The notes beneath the pieces were generated by a model, which was given only the letters and a program-made list of their open reading frames with translations, was not told the origin of the DNA and ran no database searches. From Candidatus Saccharimonadota bacterium (GTDB taxonomy: Bacteria > Patescibacteriota > Saccharimonadia > Saccharimonadales > UBA4665): a DNA stretch of 32,000 bases. Each line of letters starts with the position of its first letter. Positions within the stretch are counted from its first letter, which is position 1. Shown piece after piece: positions 16,708 to 25,088 of this stretch. The stretch lies in assembly GCA_016699935.1 (NCBI GenBank), contig CP064992.1, positions 450,001 to 482,000 of the forward strand, given 5' to 3'. The position numbers and the translations under genes were made by a program.

Positions 16708-17485
16708 ATGGATCCAAAAATAGTCAAAAACTTAGCTTTGGCACAGTCAAACAAGGTGCGTAAGATTGCTATATTTGCTGCCGCAGCAATATTTTTGCTA
16801 TGGCTATTTTTTGCATCGACAGTGACGATAGATACCGGCAAGATAGCTGTAATGACTCGCTTTGGTAAAGTTACAGGGCAAGAGCTGGGTGAAGGGTTTC
16901 ATTTGAAATCTCCAATCGACAAAGCCAATGGCTATGATATAAAGGTTTTGAAAGAGCAAACTGAGGCGCAGGCAGCATCAAAAGATTTGCAAGATGTAAA
17001 GTCGACATTGGTCATCAACTATAGGTTAGAGGCTGGTCGAATTAGCGAAATACACCGCACTATAGGTGTTCTGTATAAAGAAAAGCTGATAGATCCTGCT
17101 GTGCAAGAAGTTTTCAAAGGTGCTACAGCCAAATTTGACGCCACACAGTTGATTACTGACCGCCAAGACGTAAAAGCCGATGCCTACAACGAACTTGTCA
17201 AAAGATTGTCCCGCTACGGCATAATTGTCCAGGATTTATCGATAACCAACTTTAGCTTTAGCCCCGAATTTTCCAATGCGATTGAGGCCAAGCAGGTTGC
17301 TGCACAAGAGGCCGAACGAGCAAAGTTTAGCTTAGAAAAGCCAACCTAGATGCTCAGTCGCAAAACGCTCAAAAACCAGTCTTAGTCCGGAGCTGTTACA
17401 GAAATACGCTATCGAAAAGTGGGATGGCAAAATGCCGCAATATCTTGGTGGCGAAAGTGTTTTCAATATACCGCTGACGAGATAG
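16708..17485 (+). pseudogene. SPFH/band-7 (prohibitin-like) membrane protein, two frameshifts near the 3' end as sequenced
   Basis: ORF 16708..17349 has an N-terminal TM then the SPFH core (IAVMTRFGKV..., DLSITNFSFSPEFSNAIEAKQVAAQEAERAKF). The conserved tail ELLQKYAIEKWDGKMPQYLGGESVFNIPLTR is reached by adding one A at A4 17336-17339 and one at A5 17371-17375. Confidence 0.8.
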
Positions 17486-17567
17486 CTACAAGTTTTCAGC
17501 GAAACTTAGCTGTGCATAAAAGCTATGGCTACGCTGTTGTTGGCATGTGGATGTATCTGTTGCAGGA

Positions 17568-17590
17568 TTTCAGAGGACTGTCCTCTGAAA
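17568..17590. repeat. perfect 11-bp-arm palindrome between the convergent SPFH and Ldt genes
   Basis: TTTCAGAGGAC-T-GTCCTCTGAAA. Possible bidirectional terminator-like hairpin. Its core is shared with 16627-16641. Confidence 0.7.
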
Positions 17591-17601
17591 ATGGGTTTGG
17601 G

Positions 17602-18843
17602 CTAGTAGTGTACGGTGACGCGGGTGCCAATGGGAGCGAAATCATACACTACTTTGGCGTCTTCTATGCGCATATTGATGCAGCCGTGGCTCATTGGGGT
17701 GCCGAAATTGCTGTGCCAGTACGTGCCGTGAAAAGCTTCACCGTCGCTGTTGAAATAGCTAACCCACGGGATGTTAGGTACGTTATAGTATTCGCCGTTT
17801 ATCGTGCCACTCATGGTTTGCATGGGGTATTTGGAGCGGATGTAAAACTCACCAACGTTTGTAGGCGTTGCAGCTCGGCCAGAGGAAATGACATAACTTG
17901 CGAAGACAGTATTATCGATGAAAAGTGTAGCTGTTTGAGATGATAAATTGACATCAATCCAGCGACCAGAGCCGCTGATCGTTTTGCTGGCAAAAGGGGA
18001 CTGGGTAACCGTTAGCTCGACCGCCAGAGGTTGGTGCTCTCGCAAGGCGGTGGTAATGCTGGTACTTAGGGCAGGGCGATTGGCTAGGGCTATGCCGCTG
18101 GCGCCAGCTTGGATAATACTTTCGGCGCGGGTGTTTGGGTCGACAACCACAACTTGGTCGCGGGCAGCGCGGTTGACAGTATTTTGGACCGGGCCGTCGA
18201 CAAAAGCCTGTACTTTGTCGCCGTTCGGGCTGACCGAAATTGTGCCACGAGTTGCATCGGCTGTGATATCTAGCAGGGTTGCTATTTCTTGAGGTTCTAG
18301 CGTAAAGACTACTTGGCCGCCGCGAAGCATTGTGATGTCACTGGTCAGAAAGGTGTCGGCTTGTTTTTTGGCTGTTTCGGCCGCTGCATTACTTACTTTT
18401 GGCGCAATGGGTGTTGGGGTAATTGTAAGATTCACAACCCCTGGCTTTGCCATGGCAGCGTCTAGAGCTTGGCGAAACTGTGACAGGTTACTACCTTTGC
18501 CTGGGATTCCCGCCACAACATCGAAAGTTTTTGATTCGGCATTGAAACTAATGGTGGCGTTCTGAGGTGGTAGCCACTCTTCGCCGAAATGTTTTTGCAT
18601 ATACGCCGCAAACACCTGCTCGTCTAGTTTGTAGATGAGGGGGACGTTTTGGTTGTCCCAGATGGTGAGTGGTGCCAGGCCGCCACGTTTGGCTTTCATC
18701 GCTGCTTTGGCAGTCGCTTGGGCGTCTACCTTAACCCCTAAATCATCCAGCAGGGCTACGGTCGTTTGCTTGGCACCTTTTAGATTGATTTTTATAGCTT
18801 GGGCGCTTGCTGTAGCAGAAGAAACTAATTCCGAGTTCGTCAT
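17602..18843 (-). CDS. L,D-transpeptidase (YkuD domain) with long N-terminal extracellular region
   Basis: 413-aa ORF. C-terminal YkuD catalytic region GRAATPTNVGEFYI...FHGTYWHSNFGTPMSHGCINM. Confidence 0.88.
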   Translation of the reverse strand: MTNSELVSSATASAQAIKINLKGAKQTTVALLDDLGVKVDAQATAKAAMKAKRGGLAPLTIWDNQNVPLIYKLDEQVFAAYMQKHFGEEWLPPQNATISFNAESKTFDVVAGIPGKGSNLSQFRQALDAAMAKPGVVNLTITPTPIAPKVSNAAAETAKKQADTFLTSDITMLRGGQVVFTLEPQEIATLLDITADATRGTISVSPNGDKVQAFVDGPVQNTVNRAARDQVVVVDPNTRAESIIQAGASGIALANRPALSTSITTALREHQPLAVELTVTQSPFASKTISGSGRWIDVNLSSQTATLFIDNTVFASYVISSGRAATPTNVGEFYIRSKYPMQTMSGTINGEYYNVPNIPWVSYFNSDGEAFHGTYWHSNFGTPMSHGCINMRIEDAKVVYDFAPIGTRVTVHY

Positions 18844-19172
18844 CCCTGGGCAGATTGTCCGGCCAGGTGGGTACCGATAAGGGCTCGCTGCCGTAGATAG
18901 ATACCTAGACTAGCCATAACAATCAGTAAGATGCCGATAAAAGCTACGGCAATGAGCTGTAGACGGGAAATGTGCCGTACAGTCCTAGGAGATACCTTTA
19001 CATCATTAATCGATGTAGTTTTATCTGTTGTAGTAGCGGCAAAATTGCTAGGTTTTGGCTCGTGCACGACTGTTGGCCAGCCCGCGTCGATAGAAAGTAG
19101 ACTGTGTCTCCAGCTGGCAATAAGACGACGAAAACGACCGGGAGGACTTGACGGTGATGCGGTTTGGCTCAT
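18840..19172 (-). CDS. membrane-anchor ORF, possibly the true N-terminus of the L,D-transpeptidase
   Basis: Start chosen at ATG 19172 (MSQTASPSS...). TM segment LQLIAVAFIGILLIVMASLGIYL. Ends ...IGTHLAGQSAQG with TGA overlapping the Ldt ATG (ATGA at 18840-18843). One extra A (GGAATG) would fuse the two ORFs. Confidence 0.55.
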   Translation of the reverse strand: MSQTASPSSPPGRFRRLIASWRHSLLSIDAGWPTVVHEPKPSNFAATTTDKTTSINDVKVSPRTVRHISRLQLIAVAFIGILLIVMASLGIYLRQRALIGTHLAGQSAQG

Positions 19173-19178
19173 TTTTCG

Positions 19179-19187
19179 AAAATACCA
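19179..19187 (-). promoter_or_regulatory. extended -10 (TGgTATTTT) 6 nt upstream of ATG 19172
   Basis: The complement of 19179-19187 is TGGTATTTT. Confidence 0.4.
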
Positions 19188-19482
19188 GACAAACTTAGAA
19201 ATATTGATGTGAACTATACAACCTCTGCTACCTTTCGTCAACAATAAGGTTTTGATACCCACATAACGAATAGACTTGCGATAAAAAAGTCACAAGGTTA
19301 TCACCCCACACTGTCTGCTAACTGGCTCGTAAACAATCATAAGATGATAGTCGTGCACGAATTAATAGCTTTCGATTAGTCAGGCTGTGCATTTTTGAAT
19401 AAGGGGTTGATAAGCTACGTCTGGGTCGACTGCGCTTTTAGAAGCGGGAATGAGACTTCTTCCGTTGTATCTACCCGTAAGA

Positions 19483-20601
19483 CTATCGCGTGGAAGAAGG
19501 CCGATGATTCCACCAATATTTCTCGCCATCGTTCCATGTATGCCACGTGGCTGTTTCGCTCATTTGGACTACCATGTGTGGCGCCGAAAACTGGTAGATT
19601 GCAAAAATTCTTACCAAAACTTGTGCAAATGCTGCAACTGATGACGCATTGTGGATGGTAGTGTCACGGTCCGGAGAAAGTCTAACGACAACCACTCCTG
19701 CGTTCACCAGTGTTGTAATGACATCTTGTGAAAGGGGTGTGTTGATGATGTCAGCTTGGTCTGCCAGAGCGCTGTTACCCAGCGGCTGATTGTTGGCGCC
19801 AAGGTTGCGGAACTTATCTGCTAGTGTCTGCATAACAAATCTTTTGTCTGTGATTACACGAAGGGGTTCTTCGGAGAGTCTGTTTACTGTTTCGGCCATG
19901 AGGCGCGCCCCTGGGCCAATGGTGAAAGACGAGTTTGGTGAGCTTTTTCGAGGAGCCCCAACGCTCAATCCTCTTACAACACTTTGGGCTGCAAAGCCTT
20001 GAATATCAAGGGTGCTATATGGTGAGGAGTCCAATACTACTTTGATGGAAATATCAGGATAGTGTTTGGTAAACCATGCTGCGACATACAGAGCCGTCTT
20101 GCCCCCCATGCTGTGGCCGTCAAGAACCAGAATGCTTTCCTGCATATCTTCACCGAAGCGATTTTTGCGTGGTTTGGGCATATCTTCAAAGATGCGTAGA
20201 GCAATGGTATCTGCTTTGACATTTTTATTGCCATTTCGGGCAAAAACGAGTCTGGCATTGTATTCATGTGCGACAGTTTTTTTCGCCTGTGCCATGTCAT
20301 CATAGTTGGCGTTGAAACCTGGGGTTGTGGCAATGGTCACAAGGGTATCACTGGCTTGTATATCGTTATAGATGCGCTCAATTCTTGCATCTGGCCTTCC
20401 TAGGCCTGCTTCCCATAAGGGGTTAACTGCGCTGTCGATTCTCACTAAGCTTCCCAAGGCCAGAGTCATAGCGCAAGCGAATGACCCTATTTTTTTGGCT
20501 ACCGTGCCCAGTTTTTCGGCGTAGTGAGTTGGCTGCAAGAAAGCCTCCTGAATAGGGGGAGCTGGAGCGGCAGAATAGCTTTTAGGTACAGGACCAGTCA
20601 T
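19483..20601 (-). CDS. alpha/beta-hydrolase (esterase/lipase-like) with N-terminal hydrophobic anchor
   Basis: 372-aa ORF. Nucleophile elbow LDGHSMGGKTALY (GxSxG). Hydrophobic IGSFACAMTLALGSLV near the N-terminus. Upstream on the minus strand is TTGACA (complement of 20631-20636) and a TAGTAT/TTAGTA -10 4-5 nt from the ATG. Confidence 0.72.
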   Translation of the reverse strand: MTGPVPKSYSAAPAPPIQEAFLQPTHYAEKLGTVAKKIGSFACAMTLALGSLVRIDSAVNPLWEAGLGRPDARIERIYNDIQASDTLVTIATTPGFNANYDDMAQAKKTVAHEYNARLVFARNGNKNVKADTIALRIFEDMPKPRKNRFGEDMQESILVLDGHSMGGKTALYVAAWFTKHYPDISIKVVLDSSPYSTLDIQGFAAQSVVRGLSVGAPRKSSPNSSFTIGPGARLMAETVNRLSEEPLRVITDKRFVMQTLADKFRNLGANNQPLGNSALADQADIINTPLSQDVITTLVNAGVVVVRLSPDRDTTIHNASSVAAFAQVLVRIFAIYQFSAPHMVVQMSETATWHTWNDGEKYWWNHRPSSTR

Positions 20602-20619
20602 GCATATACTAAATTCAAA

Positions 20620-21694
20620 TTATTTAGTATTGTCAAGAGTTAAGGTGGTGCAGCGGATGAAACCGCCGCCTTTGGCGAGTTCGGGCATGGCTAGGGTGAT
20701 GGTCTGTAGGCCATATGATTCGATAGCTGCTTGCAACTGCGGTGCACTGGCGCTCATGACTACTGTGTGGCCGGTGCTTACTAGGTTGCAGGCGAAGGCT
20801 TCCTTGGCTTCAGCGAAGCTCACTTCTATCTTGTCGACGCCAGTAAATTCGCGGAGTTTCGCGGCTTTCGGGCAGAAATGCTCCGGGGCACCAGGCTATT
20901 AGGCCTTTTGGTCGCCACCCGGGAACTTTAGTACGGAAAGGGCGAGATCGAGGTCGTAAAAATAGCTATCTGCCCAGCCGGACACGGCATTTAGAGCGGG
21001 TTTACCACTGGCATCAAAAAGTGGGATGGTTTGCAAACTGATGGTTTCATAACCAAGTGTTACGGCTAAAAAGGAGTGCACTTCTGGGTCAGTACGGTAA
21101 CCGCTGCCACAAAAAGGTAGTTGCCGCAGGGCAAGGCATCACCCTGGCCGCTAAATTTTAAGCCGGCGGGTACTTCGTACACTTTTTACCGAGATTTTGC
21201 AGAGCTTCTTTTGCGTAAGGTTGCTCTCCTTGGCGCGAAGGCGGTAGGCTGGCAAGCACCGCTTTGTCGCCCCGCACCAGCGCCCAGTTGGCCGTATAAA
21301 CGCCGTCTTGAAGGTGTGGCGGAGCGGGTGTATTTACGACAGTGACGCCCAAATTTTCTAGTGTTTTCTGAAGTATGGCGTGCTCACTAACGGCTTTTGT
21401 GATATCAACGGTCAAGGCGCTATCCATAAACGGATTTATGGCAGCTCCATCGTCAAAAACTCCGCCCCAGACATTAGAATCGTTTTGTTTATTTGCGGCA
21501 GCATAGGAAAAGTATACCAGAGACGTTTTTCGATGTATTGCCGGGCTTGACGGGGTGGTTGGCAGTCGGGTATAGTGAGTGCTAGTGCGTTGGCACTCGA
21601 CTGCGAGAAGTGCTAACGCTTGATTCGCCTCTGACACTAGAGTCATGAGATATGAGTTAAGAGATAAGAGGAAGTTGTGTCGCTTACGCGACAA
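20620..21694 (-). pseudogene. amidinotransferase/DDAH-like (guanidino-group-modifying enzyme superfamily) protein, disrupted as sequenced
   Basis: Pieces 21158..21694, 20899..21081 and 20620..20823 join as ...PHLQDGVYTANWALV..., KFSGQGDALPCGNYLFCGSGYRTD, YFYDLDLALSVL, AFACNLVSTG, ELAKGGGFIRCTTLTL (C-terminal catalytic Cys motif). Breaks at T5 21183-21187, T4 20906-20909 with tandem stops 20896-20901, and ~20855-20862. The start is uncertain (21646 ATG or 21694 TTG). Confidence 0.7.
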
Positions 21695-21758
21695 GTATTT
21701 TGACTAGATTCGCCAGACGGCGGATGACATTAAGAAGTAACAAGGGGGAGGAGATAGC

Positions 21759-22025
21759 ATGAGTGTTCCTATACAACCAATGGCTGATTATATCGTGGCA
21801 CAAGCCGAAGAAGCAGCCAGCAAAACAGCCAGTGGACTTTATATACCTGGTGGTGCCCAGGAAAAACCAACTGTAGCAAAAGTGGTTGCCGTGGCAGCCT
21901 CGGTCAAGTCGGTCAAAGTTGGCGACCGTATTATTTATAAGAGCTACAGCCAAACAGAGGTGAAAGTTGGGGCTGAAAACTATCTTTTGGTTAAGGAAGA
22001 AGACGTTCTGGCTACGGTCAAATAA
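21759..22025 (+). CDS. groES: co-chaperonin GroES
   Basis: 88 aa. IQPMADYIVAQ...GLYIPGGAQEKP...GDRIIYKSY...YLLVKEEDVLA. SD GGGGGAGGA. Confidence 0.93.
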   Translation: MSVPIQPMADYIVAQAEEAASKTASGLYIPGGAQEKPTVAKVVAVAASVKSVKVGDRIIYKSYSQTEVKVGAENYLLVKEEDVLATVK

Positions 22026-22029
22026 AAGA

Positions 22030-22140
22030 TTTACATGTCACCTGTCACGTGTGACATAACATTAACAATTTACCTGTCACGATAGATCTTCAATGGCTAC
22101 ATGCCAATGGCTAATGCTTTAGTGACAGGTCACAGGGTAA
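22030..22140. repeat. repeat-rich groES-groEL spacer (TTTACNTGTCAC family)
   Basis: TTTACATGTCAC 22030-22041. TGTCAC-GT-GTGACA 22043-22056. TTTACCTGTCAC 22069-22080. Inverted GTGACAGGT 22122-22130, which pairs with ACCTGTCAC 22072-22080. CAATGGCTA occurs twice (22091-22114). Confidence 0.6.
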
Positions 22141-22164
22141 AGGCTAATCCAAAGGAGTTATACG

Positions 22165-23801
22165 ATGGCTAAGAAAGTTTTTTACGATGATGATGCACGG
22201 CGCAGAGTGTTGGCCGGGGCAGAGATTTTATACAACGCAGTGAAAACTACCATGGGACCCAAGGGCCGCAATGTGGTAATAAGCAAGTCCTACGGTGCAC
22301 CAAGCGTCACGCACGATGGTGTGACAGTAGCAAAAGGTGTCGATATCGCCGATGTCGATGATGAAACGCTTGGCTACAAAGTGGGTGCCGAACTTATCAA
22401 ACAAGCCGCTAACAAGATGAATGATATGGCTGGTGATGGCACGACTACCGTAACGGTGCTAACCTATCATATTTTGAGCGAGGCAAACAAGCTGATTGCT
22501 GCAGGCCATAACCCTATGCTGCTTCGCAAGGGGCTCGAAGCCGCTGCCGCCGATGTCCTAGTCCGGCTCGATAGTATGAGTGAAGATATTCAGGGCAATA
22601 AAAAGCGTGTGGCCGAAGTAGCCACCATCTCGGCTGGTGATAGCACCATCGGTGACCTCATCGCCGATGTCATGGACAAAGTTGGCCGCGACGGCGTGGT
22701 AACTGTCGAGCAAGGCCAGGGGCTTGGTCTTGAGAGTGAAGTCGTAGAAGGTTTCACCTTTGACCGTGGTTTTGTGAGCCCATACATGGCGACAGATACG
22801 TCACGGATGGAAGCTGTCTACAACAAACCAGCAATTGTGATTACAGATAAAAAGATTTCATCGGTTCAAGAATTTTTGCCGATGCTCGAAAAGCTAGCAC
22901 AGGCTGGTAAAAAGACCTCGTCCTCATTGCCGAAGATGTCGAAGGCGAAGCACTCGGCACGCTGGTACTCAACCGTTTGAAGGGTGTATTTAACACTGTT
23001 GCCATAAAAGCACCGTCCTTTGGTGATAAACGCAAGGAAATACTAGAAGACATTGCTATTCTAACAGGTGCGCAGGTGATTACCGAAGACCGTGGTATGA
23101 CGTTTGAAAACGTTGAGCTCGATGTTGTCGGTACCGCTCGCAAAGTCATTGTTGCCAAAGATGTAACGACTATCATCGAGGGTGCCGGTTCGGTGGCAGA
23201 CGTCAAAGATCGTATGAAGCAAATTGCCGCTCAGGCCGATGCCGCCAGCAGCGAATACGACAAGGAAAATTACGAAAAACGCCGTGCTGCTCTCGGTGGC
23301 CGTGTAGCGGTGATAAAAGTTGGCGGTGCAACAGAGACAGAAATAGAAGAAAAGAAATATCGGGTTGATGATGCTGTCGCTGCGGTGAAGGCTGCCTTGG
23401 CTGAGGGTATTGTACCTGGTGGTGGCGTGACACTCATTAATCTGACGAGTGTAGTTACGACCGAAGATGATCACGATGCTGTTTCGGCTGGTCGATCATT
23501 GCTCGTCAAAGCACTCGAACAACCTTTCCGGATACTTCTGACCAATTCTGGCCTGAATGCCGATGAATGGCTGCCACTAGTCAAAAAAGCCAAAGCTGGT
23601 CAAGGTGTCGATGTCAATAACCCAACCAAACTTGTCGACCTAAAGAGTGTCGGCGTGGTTGACCCAACTCGTGTAACTAAAGAGGCGCTGCAAAACGCCG
23701 TCTCTATAGCCGGCACTAGCATGACTATGGGCGCACTTGTCGTTGAAGTCCCCGAACCAAAAGCCGCCCCCGCCCCCGACATGGGTGGCATGGGAATGTA
23801 G
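22165..23801 (+). pseudogene. groEL: chaperonin GroEL, single frameshift as sequenced (probably an artefact)
   Basis: ORFs 22165..22980 and 22977..23801 form one GroEL: AKKVFYDDDARRRVLAG, TTMGPKGRNVV, DGTTTVTVL, ...KAPSFGDKRKE, VAVIKVGGATE, DPTRVTKEALQNA, C-terminal GGMGM. Adding one A to A5 22909-22913 gives [28 protein letters not shown]. Confidence 0.93.
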
Positions 23802-23806
23802 AAAAA

Positions 23807-23832
23807 TGAGAGAACCGAGATAGGTTCTCTCA
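23807..23832 (+). terminator. 10-bp hairpin directly after groEL (no U-tract)
   Basis: TGAGAGAACC-gagata-GGTTCTCTCA. Confidence 0.4.
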
Positions 23833-23886
23833 TCGCGCGGGCAAAATAAATATATTTTGTCCGGCTGCTCTTTCCTAAAAAGTTAT

Positions 23887-23921
23887 AAAAATAACCTTGG
23901 AGTGAATCCAAGGTTATTTTT
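23887..23921. terminator. bidirectional rho-independent terminator between groEL and the convergent Q/P-rich gene
   Basis: Perfect 14-bp stem AAAAATAACCTTGG-agtgaat-CCAAGGTTATTTTT. A/T runs on both flanks give U-tracts in either direction. Confidence 0.75.
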
Positions 23922-23930
23922 GTTATATGT

Positions 23931-24473
23931 CTATTTGCCGAAGGAGCGGCTGGGGCCGGTGGGGTTTGACGGTGGGCGGTGGTAGGTTAGGCCAGAGCCG
24001 GGAGCCGGCTTAGGGGCGACGCCAGGTTTGTTGTAGCGAATATCGGCGGTTCGTTGGTACTGTTGGAGCTTGGCTTGGGCGGCCATGGGGTCAGTGCGTT
24101 GGAGCATCTTAAAGTCCATACGTTGTTTTTCACTCAGGCCGCCAGGGAGGGCAACACTGGGGTTGCGCAGTGTCTGATAGCTTGCTTGGTGTGCCTGAGC
24201 GGCTTGCTGGCGGGCTTGGTCAAAAAGGGCTGCTCTTTGGCTATTGATCGACAGTTTCTGGAAATCATCTGGCTTAATGCGTTGCATACGGCTTGGTCCG
24301 GCAGCGGATTGCTGGTTTCCAGCCTGGCCGGAGCGTTGCATAAAATCTGGTTTTATCTGGGCTCCAAAGCTACCATTGCTAGCCGTTTGCGCACCAGCAG
24401 GAGGCTGACCGCCTAAAGGACGAGCGGGTGTGGTAGGGGTAAAAGGGCGTCGCTGACCGAACTGATTAAACAT
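23931..24473 (-). CDS. Gln/Pro/Ala-rich low-complexity hypothetical protein
   Basis: 180-aa ORF with a leaderless-type promoter. No family recognised. Confidence 0.55.
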   Translation of the reverse strand: MFNQFGQRRPFTPTTPARPLGGQPPAGAQTASNGSFGAQIKPDFMQRSGQAGNQQSAAGPSRMQRIKPDDFQKLSINSQRAALFDQARQQAAQAHQASYQTLRNPSVALPGGLSEKQRMDFKMLQRTDPMAAQAKLQQYQRTADIRYNKPGVAPKPAPGSGLTYHRPPSNPTGPSRSFGK

Positions 24474-24480
24474 AAGCTAG

Positions 24481-24489
24481 ATATTACCA
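24481..24489 (-). promoter_or_regulatory. extended -10 (TGgTAATAT) 7 nt upstream of ATG 24473
   Basis: The complement of 24481-24489 is TGGTAATAT. Confidence 0.45.
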
Positions 24490-24552
24490 CAAAAACCAAA
24501 AAATAGCAACTATGCTCGATCTGAGTCTCAAAACTGTCTCCACTAGTACTGT

Positions 24553-24640
24553 TGTCATTCCCGCCCCCAACCGAGTTGAGGATAAACTCCGGCGGGAATC
24601 CAATTGATTTATATGGATCCCAGTCTTCGCTGGGATGACA
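24553..24640. repeat. 88-bp MITE/REP-like element: two hairpins bounded by imperfect terminal inverted repeats
   Basis: Termini TGTCATTCCC / GGGATGACA. Hairpin 1: ATTCCCGCC (24557-24565) pairs with GGCGGGAAT (24591-24599). Hairpin 2: ATCCCAG-tcttcg-CTGGGAT (24617-24636). Confidence 0.6.
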
Positions 24641-24675
24641 TCCTGTGGGTTCTTGATAGTCATGTTGCTCGTACC

Positions 24676-24701
24676 AAAAACCCTCCGCATTGAGCGGAGG
24701 G
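24676..24701 (-). terminator. rho-independent terminator of the 60-aa gene
   Basis: CCCTCCGC-attga-GCGGAGGG (24681-24701). On the minus strand this is followed by UUUUU (complement of 24676-24680), 23 nt after the stop at 24724. Confidence 0.75.
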
Positions 24702-24723
24702 TCAGGTCATAGCCAAAATGTCT

Positions 24724-24906
24724 TTAGCGCCCGTATGGGGTACTACCGTAGCCTCGATTTGCTTTGTTGCCTAGTAAGCTTTGACCATTCAGGAGCTTCA
24801 ATATGCTGCCAAGTCCGAATACCGAGGCGACAGCGAGGCCGCTCATACCAAGAAATTCCTTGCGACTGACTTCTTTTTGCATAATTGCGTCGAGTTGTTG
24901 GTTCAT
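24724..24906 (-). CDS. 60-aa protein consisting essentially of a Tat-like signal peptide
   Basis: Start at ATG 24906 (SD AAGG 8 nt upstream; TACAAT is the complement of 24924-24929). MNQQLDAIMQKEVSRKEFLGMSGLAVASVFGLGSILKLL...GYGSTPYGR. SRKEFL compares with the Tat consensus S/T-R-R-x-F-L-K. Confidence 0.55.
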   Translation of the reverse strand: MNQQLDAIMQKEVSRKEFLGMSGLAVASVFGLGSILKLLNGQSLLGNKANRGYGSTPYGR

Positions 24907-25088
24907 CTGTCTAACCTTTTTATATTGTATTATCAAGCACAAGTGTAATGCAGGTTTGTTTGCCTGTCAAGCCTATATTTGAAGCATGCGTCCCCCAGAA
25001 GAAACATAGCCCGGTCGCGGACTTAGGTACTTTGGCGACACTGTTCGACGAATATTATGCGGCGCGCTTGAGACGGCTGCTTGCTGTG

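Noticed and set aside
17419-18565. Plus-strand ORFs (174, 114 and 77 aa) opposite the L,D-transpeptidase
   Set aside because: They are antisense to a gene with a clear YkuD domain. The first also overlaps the repaired SPFH 3' end.
19395-19661. 88- and 63-aa plus-strand ORFs at the 3' end of the hydrolase gene
   Set aside because: They overlap the hydrolase coding end on the opposite strand. They have no signals and poor composition.
21695-21758. CIRCE or sigma32 heat-shock promoter upstream of groES
   Set aside because: I looked for TTAGCACTC-N9-GAGTGCTAA and CTTGAAA/CCCCAT and found neither. TTGACT at 21700-21705 has no acceptable -10 at 16-19 nt.
21684-21953. 89-aa minus-strand ORF overlapping groES
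   Set aside because: It is antisense to groES with no signals.
22841-23474. 121-, 137- and 76-aa minus-strand ORFs inside groEL
   Set aside because: They are antisense shadows of groEL.
24484-24690. 68-aa ORF on the minus strand
   Set aside because: It is the translation of the double-hairpin repeat and the terminator stem. It has no start context, and the peptide pattern is typical of hairpin-repeat artefacts.
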